Positions 1-64,000 of a stretch of 64,000 bases of DNA are shown piece after piece. This stretch comes from Eledone cirrhosa (taxonomy: Eukaryota). Position 1 is the stretch's first letter. Every line of letters starts with the position of its first letter. Under the pieces are notes generated by a model that worked only from the letters and a program-made list of their open reading frames with translations, did no database searches and was not told the DNA's origin. A program made the translations under genes and the position numbers. The stretch is from the NCBI GenBank assembly GCA_964016885.1, contig OZ024751.1:40486001-40550000 (forward strand), written 5' to 3'.

Positions 1-52299
<52,299 letters not shown>

Positions 52300-53560
52300 C
52301 AATCTTAACTCCACCTCTTTTTCCCCTATTTGTTAAATTACCCACCTCACCACACACCCTCCTTTTTCATGACTCCCCTCTCTTGTCCCTAATCAACTGC
52401 CAAAAAAGAGCAACCAAAAATTTTTTTTTTTTGAGTGCACGCGGAGTGAACCATGACACACAACAAAAACATCACTGTCAGATTATACCCAGAATCTCAA
52501 GCCAAACCCAGTTCTTCAAACTGGTGCCAACCCCCATCGACTCGATTTATATTTTGAAGCTTCCATCCGATGGAACTTTTTTTTTTTTTCTTTTTTTTTT
52601 TTTTTTCAAAAACAAAGCACAAAAAAAAATTTGTTACAAAAAAAATATTCAATTTGCTATAATTTTTCCCCTTTTTGAAAATGGTGCTTTTTATTATTTT
52701 TTTTATTAATATAATATATATTATTTCTATTGAATTCCTTCGCAGTTTCTTCGCTTGTCCTCCTTGACAAAATAACTTATATATTTATTGGATTAAACGC
52801 TTTCTTTACAAGCAATTACTGTTAACGAGCTTTATATTCTAGTCTTTAAAAAAAATTGAAATTTTGTTGTTTTTTACTATTTTTTTCTTATTCTTATAAT
52901 GCTGAAAAAAATTGAGATTAATAAAATTGTTTTCAAAAATTCATTCTTCTTACACAACAAAATATTGGAAAATATTTAAAGAAAAATCGAACTATTTTTG
53001 TTAGTTATATTTGTACAAAATCAAGGGCAGGTTGGGGAGATAGCAGGAAAAAAATGTATAAAGTAACTTAAATTAAAATAAAATATTAAATCTAATATAA
53101 AAAAACCCAAAAAAAACCAAATGCTGGGATCACAGGGATAGGGGTAGGGAATTTGACTAGTATAAAGTTTATTTTTCCCTGCATTGTTATTTTCCAATTT
53201 TTTTTTTTTTTTTTCCTGGTATTAGTAATTTTCTACCAGTAGTTGGCGCTATATAGCTCTCTCTCTATCTATCTAATAATAAAAGCACAATCAAAGTTGA
53301 GACTGGAATAACCTCCTCTAACCTCACCTCACCTCCTTTCTTTACAATGTGTCCCTAAATTTCTTAGACCTGTCTTCTGGTAAGGCCACTAGGGGGAAAG
53401 AAAGAAATAGAGAGCGAGCAAGTGAGAGGAAAAAACTTACCCATTTTTTTTTTTTTTTTTTTTTTTTTTCCCCCCCCCCCCAAGAAGCATGCAAATCGAT
53501 ATGCAGCTAATAAAATAAATTTTTTTTGCTAATATATACATATATATACGTGTTGTTTTC
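52300..53560 (+). terminator. 3' UTR with several polyadenylation signals
   Basis: AU-rich with no recognisable TE; AATAAA at 52920, 53077, 53278 and overlapping pair 53509/53514, followed by a GT/T-rich tract at ~53549-53600. Confidence 0.6.
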
Positions 53561-54953
53561 TTTTTGTCATTTTTCTTTTTTTTTTTTTTTTTTCTTCTTT
53601 GCCAAATGAGTAGGCAAAGCTGGAAGAGGATAAGAGGTTTGTGTTTATCTTGGTTTCCTTGGTGTTAAGCAACTGAGAGTATAAGACTTCTCCTTGGACA
53701 GGATGCCAATTCATCTCCTGGTTAAACCTCCAACTGTTGTTGGTGGTGGTGGTCATTTTCAGCTGAGTATATCTAAGCAACATAAAATGAAGTGTTTTGC
53801 TCAAGAACACAACACACAGGCCAGTCCAGGGAACAAACATTATGGTCAAAAGTCCAATATCCTAACCACTGGGCCATGTGCCTTCGCAGCATCCTGCATG
53901 GTCAATAGAGTACTAGTCTAAGGCAGTGGACTGGGGCAGGGTTGGGAAGGATGCCTTGCTATATTTGTTCTGGCTATGTGTTCTAGACTCGCATTTTTCT
54001 ATGACCTTCTTCAATGGGAGACTTAAACCACCACCCAGATTCACATTTTGATACCAACCTGCCTAAAACTGGTTCTAGGAATCAAAACCTTGTTTTAAAG
54101 GTTTCCTTCTTATATCAAATCGTGGAAGACTTAAATTTAAGAATCGTTTATTTTTTGTAGGACAGATTAACAATCTTAATATTGAAATAATTAGTAATTT
54201 TAGTAAATATCACCAAATTCTTCATTAATTTAAATACTGTGGACCTCATTAGACATATGGCAATGAGCGTTACCACCACCACCACCACTTGACCTATGGG
54301 TGTGTCAATTCTGTTGTCACCACCACCTGGCCCGTGTATACTTTGAATAGGGTCCAACTGAGGATGACCTGGGAAGAAGTGTTAAGAGCTGAACTTTAGA
54401 TGCTGGACCTCACAAGAGATGACATAGGATAGAAACTGGAAGAAATCTGGTGGAAGAGGAAGACCAAGGATGAGTTGATATTCGGTTGCTGAACCTGACA
54501 AAGTTACATGTGGCTGGACATGTGTATCATTTAATATAGTTCTCAGGGAGATTCAGTATGATGCATGTGACATGGCTGGTCTTTTTAAATTACAAATAGT
54601 TCGTGTTTACTCCAGCTCACTTTATTTCACATCGCCAGCTGAGTAACTTGCTTAACCCTTTAGCATTTACATTACATTATATTTACTATTGTATTTTCAA
54701 GGTAACCCTTTATCTCGCATAATTATCTCACATAATATTGAATCTACGGGATTTTGATATTATTTACAGGTTAGTCGTGGTTGGAATGGTTTTGATCATA
54801 GGGCTGCTTGTTTATAACAGTCTTGGGGCTGAGATAAGGAACTAATGGAATTCTGCTAATTTCAGAGATATAACTAAACAACTCTTTTTATATTTTGTCG
54901 GTGCCAAAACATAACTTAAGTCCAGTTTTCTAGGTTACCATCAGTAGAATCTA

Positions 54954-54988
<35 letters not shown>

Positions 54989-55444
54989 CAGTAGAATCTA
55001 CACTAGTTTAATGTATATGTATTCACACCCCACAATGATATTCTAGATCACAATTAGAATCTATACAAGTTTTTATTTATATATATGCATGCATACACCC
55101 TCTCTACCACAATCAGCAAATTCTAGAAGCAAATATATACATTCTATATTATAGTGAAGGATGCTATTGTTCAACTTATAATAAACAGTAGATGTATATT
55201 TTAAAACCAGTGACAGGAAAATCATCTTACAAAGTGTATGAAAAACAACATTGATATCTATACCATCACCATTTAACATCTATTTTTCCAAGTTTGCTTG
55301 GATTAGATGGGTTGTCATATTCTGAGGCTGGTCAGGGGGCCAGGTTTAATTCAAACATTCCATTTTGGGGCTTGGTTTCTACAGCTGCGTGACCTTACTA
55401 AAGCCGACCACTTTACAGTGTGTACTGTGAGTATCTTATTATGG

Positions 55445-55503
<59 letters not shown>

Positions 55504-55625
55504 ACAAAGAAGTTATTGTTAAGGCATAACTCTGAGATCAGCCTTGATCGAGAAAACCTCTGATGAAACGGGTGTGGATATCTAAGTGTAACATTTATTA
55601 TCAAGTCAAAACCTGAGAACATGCT

Positions 55626-55662
<37 letters not shown>

Positions 55663-55785
55663 TGTGTACAAAATCAAAACACCAGCCACCAATTGTTGAG
55701 TGCTTTAATTTATTACATCATTATTTACTACTAACCAGAATTACTGGAATCGTTGGTAAACAACTGAACATAAATGGTGTGTGTG

Positions 55786-55833
<48 letters not shown>

Positions 55834-55837
<4 letters not shown>

Positions 55838-56025
55838 AGTAAGACCCCGACGGCTGAGCTCAAGCCATTTCGACGCCTAATTCTGTACAGAATTAGCCGT
55901 CGAAACGGCTTGAGCTCAGCCGTCGGGGTCTTACTTACTCCTATTACCCACTCTACTACCCCAAGTATTGAGTACTTTGGTGCGTTATGGTCCACCTGGT
56001 TCCTTACCACTTTTCCCTCGCTATA
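55834..56025. mobile_element. GC-rich ~110-bp palindrome plus tail (family F, probable Penelope-like terminal repeat); relatives at 63360-63535 and, inverted, 62140-62192
   Basis: TAGGAGTAAGACCCCGACGGCTGAGCTCAAGCC...CTGTACAG...GGCTTGAGCTCAGCCGTCGGGGTCTTAC; tail TATTGAGTACTTTGGTGCGTTATGGTCCACC; flanked by (TA)n. Confidence 0.6.
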
Positions 56026-56151
56026 TATATATGAGATGTGACAACTTTGTCACTTCATGTGATCAAGCTGCCACTTTAATACTTGGAAAATATAATCTAC
56101 ACTCTATCCACATATTGAGTGCTCCATCAGTTAATGTTTTAAATACACATT

Positions 56152-56192
<41 letters not shown>

Positions 56193-56689
56193 AAAAGGTA
56201 AACAGAAATAACACAATCGGTACAGTATATGGAAGGAATATGAGGTTAACACTTGAAATAGCAGGAATATATGTGGTTATTTTCGTTTGATTGATGGCCT
56301 TCCTCAGAAAACCCTCCCACAACCACCACTCCACAGGCGCCACTATCACTTTATCTATCATTCGACTGATTCTGTTAATCCACCACAACCATTTTGTGTG
56401 TTGCTCTACTGATTTTGGCACTCAGCCAACCTTTAGTGGGAAATAAACTGAAAATGGCTAAGAAATACAAGTTTTAAAAAAAATGTCAATAAATGTATCT
56501 AAGATAGGCACACATCCAGAGAATTAGGTGGAGGGACTTAGCTGATTAAATCAACCCCAATATATGACTGGTGTGTCAGGTGACCTTGGCTGGATTTTAA
56601 CTCAGAACATAAAGAACCCTAACTAAATACCACATTTTATCGGACATTAAGCCAGACTCCCACCAAGGCTTAGAAAACGAAGAGTGTAT

Positions 56690-57160
56690 TCCAAACTTCA
56701 CTGTCCATCCCCATCTTCAGTTCCTAGCTAGATTCCAGGCCAGTATCCTGATTCAGGTTCCCAATGTATGTGACATGATGTCCACCACACTGTCCCACTC
56801 AATCTAGTAGACCCCTATGGGACCATCATTGATACTTCTTCTTCAGGATGTCATACAAAATATCCTGATAGATAGATTCAACATTTTCTGATCTCCTCAC
56901 TTAGTTTTGTGAGGTTTCCCTACCGGCATTTAACCATCATGCGTTGCTATCACATCACAAACCACACGTAACATCCTTGTTTAGCAGCCATCAAGACTCT
57001 TTCTATTCATTTCATGAATGTCCATGGCTCACTGCCATACAACAGCATCAATTCATCAGTGGCTAAAGAAACGACTGAGTATTTGTTCTTCCTCTTGGTA
57101 GCCTTATCATCTAGATATGCCCCAGTATATCACTGGAACTATTTCAGCTTCAATGTGTAA
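56690..57160 (-). mobile_element. decayed RTE-clade LINE fragment
   Basis: Minus strand from 57048 reads MLLYGSEPWT, resembling the LINE LLYGSETW motif; interrupted by stops. Confidence 0.5.
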
Positions 57161-57370
57161 CTAATTTAATACCAACTAGGCTAAGACAACAATAAAGGGT
57201 TGATATTTAAATAGGAATACTAACTTTTATATATAAATTAATGCATTATAACATGAATGATCTCATAGTGATATATATATATATATATATAATATCCGGG
57301 AGCTTCCAACAGTAATGGTTGCATTCTTTAAGGGTATGTCAATATTTATTTATAAAACTGATCTATATTA

Positions 57371-57435
57371 TATTTTATCTGATGAAAGCACACCATAATT
57401 TAACTTGGTGTCCTTGAAATATGTATAATGAAATA
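57371..57435 (+). ncRNA. minimal type I hammerhead ribozyme motif (intact core, downstream of gene)
   Basis: TATTTTAT-CTGATGA-AAGCACACCA...TGGTGTCCTT-GAAA-T-ATGT-A-TA^ATGAAATA; inside family E repeat 57300-57480. Confidence 0.6.
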
Positions 57436-57506
57436 AATATGGTTTTATAAATATAGTTTCCATTTGGTAATATTGTATATATATATATATAAATGTACAC
57501 ACACAG

Positions 57507-57537
<31 letters not shown>

Positions 57538-57594
57538 CCCATGGTAGTGTGGAAAATGGATGTTAAACGATATATATATATATATATATTTACA

Positions 57595-57939
57595 CATCAT
57601 CATCATCATCATCATCTCATTTTACGTCCACTTTTCCCTGCTTGCAAGGGTGGGACGGGAACTGATTCTGGCTTGATTTCTACAGCTGGATGCCCTTCCT
57701 AACACCAACCTCATTTACAGTGAGTGCAGGGTGCTTTTTTGCCGTGGCACCTCCACGACCACTTTGCAGTGGAATGATAGGGACCCCAGTCCCTATCATC
57801 TCATTTCTACAGCTGAGTAAACTGGAGCAATGTGAAATAAAGTGTCTTGCTCAAGGAAACAACACATCACCCGGTCTGAGAATTGAACTCGCAACCTTTC
57901 GATTGCAAGGCCAATGCTCTAACCACTAAGCCATGTGCC
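57595..57939 (-). mobile_element. SINE family B (full length)
   Basis: Near-identical to 41141-41482. Confidence 0.85.
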
Positions 57940-59570
57940 TCCATGTATATATATATATATACATGCATACACACACACACATATATATACATATATATAT
58001 ATAAATATTTATATATATATATATATATACATACATATACATACATATATTCATACATATGGTCCAACCCTTGCTAGCAGGGAAGCGGATGATGATGACA
58101 ATACATATATATCTGTGTGTTAGTGTGTGTGGGTATGTTTGGTTCTGAGTATGTATGTGTGTGAGTGTATATTCACTTGTAAATGCCAGCCTCGCACTTC
58201 AAAAATAGACTGTTTAAAAAAAATAGAACTAGGGTTTAATTTCCCTACATAGTGAGGCTCCAAAGAATATTCGAGTATATTCTTGGTCACTCTAAACATT
58301 TCTAAACTACTTCCTATGACATGAAGGAACGTTGGAGAAAAAATGGCACATCAGACCTAAATACAGCACTGTTCATAGAATTGGAATCTCAGACATGTGA
58401 AAATAGATAGATTTCCATGCTTGGGTACAAGCAATTCTTATTTTGGACAAATGCCAAACTGTGGAGATATTTACCAGAATGAATAACTACCATCTCTACC
58501 CACTACCATTCGCTCTCTCTCTCTCTCACTTTCCCTCACTTTGTCTCTCTCTTTCTCTTACTCTACAGATGTGTGATGTTTAAGGTGGAAGATATTTGTG
58601 ACTTAAAGGAAATTATAGAACCTATCGTATATATGTATGTATATATATATATGTGTGTGTGTATATATATATGTGTGTGTGTGTGTATATATATATGTGT
58701 GTGTGTATATATATATATATGTGTGTGTACATAATATATATATAAATATATATATATATGTGTGTGTGTGCATACATACACATAAATATATATATATATG
58801 TGTGTGTATATATATATATATGTGTGTGTGTACATACATTTATATATATATGTATATATAAATATATATATATATGTGTGTGTGTACATACATACACATA
58901 TAAATATATATATATGTGTGTGTGTGTGTGTATACATGCATATAAATATATATCATATAGATAGATAGAGATAGAGAGGAGAAAGAGAGAGAGAGAGAGA
59001 GAGAGACAGAGTTATCAGTGAGTTGACAAAAAATTAACTCTGATATTTGGTGTGACTCTCAACAGTTTGAGTTCAAATCCTATCGATATTAACATTGATT
59101 TACATCCTTTTGGGGGTTGATATGATAGGACAAACTATCCTGGGAGTCAGGGAATTGACAGAAATGTTAGAGCATTGCTTGGGGTGCCTTGTGGTGTTTG
59201 TTCTGAACTCTGGGTTTATAGACGTAACTCATTACCTTGTATAAACCTTTATCATTCACATTACTCTATATATATACTATTATATTTTCATGGTAAAGGC
59301 TTTACCTCACATAATTATCTCACATAATATCGAATCTATAAGATTTTTAAAGTATTTATTTTGAGAACAATACCTTAACATCAGTTTGAGTAGCCGGTTA
59401 CAGCCAGTTTCAACAGAAAAAGGTAGAGAATTCTGGCCGGTTTTGGCCGGTTTGAACATTAAATGGGATTGCAGCCATTACAGTGCAGACAGCTGCAACA
59501 AATTGATTTCTGCAAGAATGTCTACTTAATGCAAGCAACTTTACCAATTCAATGCCTTATATGTATATAT

Positions 59571-59606
<36 letters not shown>

Positions 59607-59744
59607 TCATTATCATCATCATTCTTATTAAGTCTATACACACACACATACACATATATGTATATGTGTTTGTATATATGTATATATATATATATATATA
59701 TGAACTCGTGGAAGAGTTCAAATAGATGAAAATAATCTACTAGC

Positions 59745-60246
59745 ATCACCATCATCATCATCACAAAAACACCAAATATCACCACCAACACCACCAACAT
59801 GACCATCGCCACCACCAACAGTCACCACAACTACCATCACCAACACCACCAACTCTGTCACCACGCCACCATCACCACCACCAACACAGTCACCACAACC
59901 ACCAGCACCACCACCAACACAGTCACCACAACCACCACCACCACCACCACCACCAACACCACCATCACCACCACCATTGCCACCACTAACACAGTCACCA
60001 CCACCACCACCACCACCACCAACACCACCATCACCACCACCATTGCCACCACTAACACAGTCACCACCACCATCACCACCATCACCACCACCAACATAGT
60101 CACCACAACCACCACCACCACCACCAACTCTGTCACCACAACCACCACCACCAACACAGTCACCACCACCACCACCACCACCTCCAACACAGTCACCACC
60201 ACCACCACTACCACCACCACCACCACTACCACCAACACCACCACCA
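59745..60246. repeat. (CAC/CAA)-based compound tandem repeat
   Basis: CACCACCAC...CAACACAGT units; source of the poly-T, poly-G and poly-V ORFs. Confidence 0.95.
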
Positions 60247-60548
60247 AAATAACATAAATTCTTCACTGAACTACTATAAACATCCCCCACCATTTTTTTA
60301 CACGTGAAATAAATAAAGTGAGAGTCTTTGACAAACAAGATGTATTTCTTTCGGAGAAACTGGCAGACTTCCAGGAATTCTTACAGTTTAGTCAGTGTCT
60401 ATGTTACCATAGAAACAGCCATACCAAAACTATGGCAGTGCCTCTATAGACAGGGACTTACTTCTTTCTTTCTCTCCTTCTTTCTTTTTTTCTAGCAGAA
60501 TATGCATGTGTGTGTGTTTGTGTGAGCGTTTGTGTGTGTGTGTTTGTG

Positions 60549-60623
<75 letters not shown>

Positions 60624-61059
60624 AGTATGTGTGTGTGAGCGTTTGAGTGTGTGTGTGAGTGTTTGTGTGTGTTTATATATGTTTGTACAATATATCCATG
60701 CAATAAATCCATTATATATATATATAATATTATTTCGTTTCTGAATTTGTTTAGCAAGATTCTTTATCTGAAATCGTGTGTTGAAACCGATATTGTTATA
60801 CTTTGGGAGGGTCATGTTGCCAATAAGAAACACACGCACCAGTTGCTTTCACTTCAATTTATTATAATAAATTTATAAATTTAGGAATTTATAAATTTCC
60901 GGTTGGTTGGTTGGTTCCACAGCCAGATGGTTGTTTATATATTGTCAAAGTTCTTTCGTCACACATTCTGTGACCTCTTCAGTGACTGGGGATTCTTTTC
61001 TTTGTTTTTTGTGCCTCTCCTTTGTTCTGTCCTATGCCATCTTGTTTTTGTGTGTGTGT

Positions 61060-62140
61060 TGTGTGCTCACAACACACACACAAAAACAAGATCGGTACAG
61101 TATATGGAAGGTATATATTAGGTTAACGCTTGATATAGCAGGAAGAGGGTCTTAATTGGACGCTAGTCCTTCATCAGAAGAAAGAATGAGAAATACCATA
61201 GATTGAGGTGACGGGCGGGTTGGAATTGAAAAAAATGTCTTTAGATAAAAGTAACAGGTCCATTCATGTTGACATCTCTTGCAAAACTGTTGGTGCTGGC
61301 GTTTTGTGTATGATTTATTTTTTAGATGCGAACCAGGAGGTCGTGGAGGTTGCGGGCGCACTTAAAAGCAGTAATGGGTGGCTTTGGAAAAAAGCGAGAA
61401 GTGACAGAGTCGGAAGAGAGGATGCAGAAGGAATGGAGGATATGTTGCCGGAGTGGTAGGGTGATGGGGTGGTAGGTGAGAGGGCTATGGTGCGGTCTGT
61501 TCCACGGGCGTGGGTGAGAGTAGCTTGGATCAGGGTGGGGGGGATATCCACACTGGATGAAGCAGGAAGTCGTGTGAAGGGAATGGGTTTCAAAATCGTC
61601 GTCCTGGCTACAGAGTCGATGAAGACGGAGGAATTGGGAATAGAGTATGGAGTGTTTGGTTTGGGTTGGATGGGAGGAGGTGAAGTCGAGGCAAGAGTGG
61701 GTGTCTGTTGGTTTAATGAAGATGGAAGTAGAGAGGGTGTGGTGAGAGTGATTAATAGATAGAGAGATATCTAGAAAAGCGACAGAAGAATCGGAGACGG
61801 AGGCGGTGAAATTGAGAGCAGGATGGAAAGATTGGACAAAAGAAAGAAAACAGTTGAGCTGTTCCCGTGATAGAGAGGTGGCGCTGATACAGTCATCGAT
61901 ATAACCATCGTATAGCCCAGGAGAAGATCTCGGCTTTGACGAAGCCAACAAACAGGTTGGCATAGTTTGGACCCATTCTGGTTCCTATTGCTACCCCTGA
62001 GACCTGCTGATAGAATTCACCCAAAAAGAAAAGACATTGAGGGTGAGAACAAGCTCAGCCAGACGGAAAAGAGTGGTAGTGCTGGGGTAAGGGATAGGGT
62101 GTAAGTCTAAAAAATGTTGGAGAGCGCGGAGGCCGTCATA
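61060..62140 (-). mobile_element. decayed Penelope-like retroelement (RT core to 3' end, frameshifted)
   Basis: Minus-strand peptides LFRLAELVLTLNVFSF, VAIGTRMGPNYANLFVG, YIDDCI, HPALNFT...AFLDISL...IKPTDTHSCLDFTSSHP...YSQFLRL, and PPITAFKCARNLHDLLVR; truncated CTGATGAAGGAC-TAGC-GTCC at 61158-61175; 3' end also copied at ~56195-56310. Confidence 0.85.
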
Positions 62141-62253
62141 TATAACAAAGAGGATGTGGTAAGATACCAGGTGGACCATAACGCACCAAAGCTCAGGTAG
62201 CAGAGTTCTGAATCTTTTCATACACACACACACACACATATATATATATACGT

Positions 62254-62288
<35 letters not shown>

Positions 62289-62291
62289 CAT

Positions 62292-62327
<36 letters not shown>

Positions 62328-62550
62328 GATGATGATGATGATGATATATATATATATATATACATACACACACACTCACACATATATACATATATATACA
62401 TATATATAGTAAAAAATTGAACGAGAACAAAACAGAGAGGCAGTACGAACAAAGGTTTATTAGTTTCACGCTCTTGAGAGTGATGTCTTCCAAAAGTAAC
62501 GGTTGCATTTTGAAAGGGTACGTCAATATTTATAAAACTGGTATATATTG

Positions 62551-62615
62551 TATTTTGTCTGATGAAAGCATACCATAATTTAACATGGTATCCTTGAAAT
62601 ATGCATAATAAAATA
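62551..62615 (+). ncRNA. minimal type I hammerhead ribozyme motif (intact core, intergenic)
   Basis: TATTTTGT-CTGATGA-AAGCATACCAT...ATGGTATCCTT-GAAA-T-ATGC-A-TA^ATAAAATA; ATGCAT palindrome in loop III; inside family E repeat 62485-62745. Confidence 0.7.
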
Positions 62616-62760
62616 GATATGGTTTTATAAATATAGTTTCCATTTGTTAATATCGTATATTTACTCCAAATACTTGTCGAGTGCTTTATATCAGTTATAA
62701 AAATATTTGCTTGTTGTATCCCAACAATTTAAATAGAACTTTTGCATATATATATACATG

Positions 62761-62803
<43 letters not shown>

Positions 62804-63575
62804 TACCACAGATTTCCCTATAATTTACTTAGAATAACTCTGACCTAAAAACTGAAACTAATACATTCATTTATTAAAAACAGAAATAAATACTTAATAC
62901 CCCCCTCCACCCCTTCACCCCCCCTCTTCCCCACCTCCCCACACCATCCCTACCACTTCATATCAATAAATAAAAACCCATCAAAATACATAACATTCCT
63001 TTAGGATTTACCTCAAATTACCAATTCTGAAGGATTTTCACCTGGTAATAAAAATAACAGAATATATGAGTCAGTAGGGCTATCTCTATATGGTCACTTC
63101 CTCTACTAGAAATAGCAGCTAAATCTTCCCTTAAAGGACCACATTGGTTAATGTGTTAATGCTATTCTGACTTTCCTCATACATAGGATAGACATGATGG
63201 TCACATCTAGAATGTCTTTCCATCATAGTCATGCTGAATCAGAGTTTCAAATATGTGGTGGTGGTGGAGGGTGGTGGTGGTAGTTTACAGTGTACTGGGT
63301 GCATTTTATCATGACACCAGCACACAGTGTGTGAAGGTTGTATATATATATATATATATAGGAAAAGGAAAAGAGTTAATGATCCCGACAGCTGAGTTCC
63401 AGCCGTTTCTACAGCTAGAGATCCGTCGGAGTCCTGACTCTTTTCCTTTTCTATTACCCACTCTACTACTCTAAGTATTGAGTACTCTAGTGCGTTATGG
63501 TTCACTTAGTATCTTACCACATCCTCTTTGTTATATATATATATATAGATATAGATATATAATATATAGAAAAGA

Positions 63576-63762
63576 TAACTGTTTCTACTTTAGGCACAAG
63601 GCCAGCAATTACCCAGTGTATTACTGGTACTTTATTTTATCGACCCCGTAAGGATGAAAGGCTAAGTCAACCTCGGCGGGATTTGAACTCAGATCGTAAA
63701 GGGACGTAACTATGCTGGAAAGCATGGCGTCCGACCCTCTACCGATACTGCCAATCCACCGC
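63576..63762 (-). mobile_element. SINE family A (full length)
   Basis: Reverse complement of the 22931-type copy. Confidence 0.85.
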
Positions 63763-63912
63763 TAACACACTCGAGAGAGAGAGAGTGTGTGTTTATCAAT
63801 GTACAGGGAAAACCACCATTGTAGGGAATCTATAAACTTTCTTAGTTTATAGATACCATACATTGGTAGTTTTCCCTGTACATTGATAAATATACACTCT
63901 CTCTCGTGTGTT
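63763..63912. repeat. ~70-bp-arm fold-back (inverted repeat)
   Basis: ...TTTATCAATGTACAGGGAAAAC...ATCTATAAACT-TTCTT-AGTTTATAGAT...GTTTTCCCTGTACATTGATAAA... Confidence 0.8.
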
Positions 63913-64000
63913 ATCTTTTCTCTGTATTATATTTGAAGAGCTCAGGATTCTTTTCCTTTTGAGTTCATAAATTACAGGGACTATCGTGAGTTTATGACTC

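Noticed and set aside
59718-60338. Gly-rich, Thr-rich (mucin-like) and Val-rich ORFs
   Set aside because: Frames of a (CAC)n compound repeat, with no splice or start context.
61322-61963. Functional reverse transcriptase gene
   Set aside because: Frameshifted, 5'-truncated and lacking a recognisable GIY-YIG domain; a dead Penelope-like copy.

Overview
Eukaryotic, very AT-rich, microsatellite-laden genomic DNA. The tRNA-derived SINE landscape and (TA)n density suggest an octopod cephalopod, but this is inference. Positions 1-52299 (+) hold the 3' part of one filamin gene: 36 GT-AG exons that I joined by hand with consistent phases into a 6399-nt frame (2132 aa plus TAA). It runs from Ig repeat 1 to the C-terminal dimerisation repeat; the actin-binding CH domains lie upstream of the window. 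It has 22 Ig repeats and seems to lack the equivalents of human repeats 7 and 10. A ~1.2-kb 3' UTR follows, then intergenic DNA with SINEs, RTE-LINE scraps and a decayed Penelope-like RT. The most interesting signals are in the large introns. (1) A candidate internal promoter and first exon (31690-31828) would give a ~521-aa mini-filamin without the Ig20 autoinhibitory strand. (2) There are two frame-preserving microexon candidates: 21 nt at the position of the filamin-C insertion, and 27 nt in Ig22, bracketed by a near-identical inverted SINE pair. (3) A hinge-1 cassette exon sits in a TGCATG cluster, with a second candidate internal start upstream. (4) Minimal hammerhead-ribozyme motifs from Penelope-like elements have intact cores on the antisense strand or outside the gene, but damaged cores wherever they lie sense within the filamin pre-mRNA. 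None of the alternative exons or ribozymes can be confirmed without RNA data or assays.
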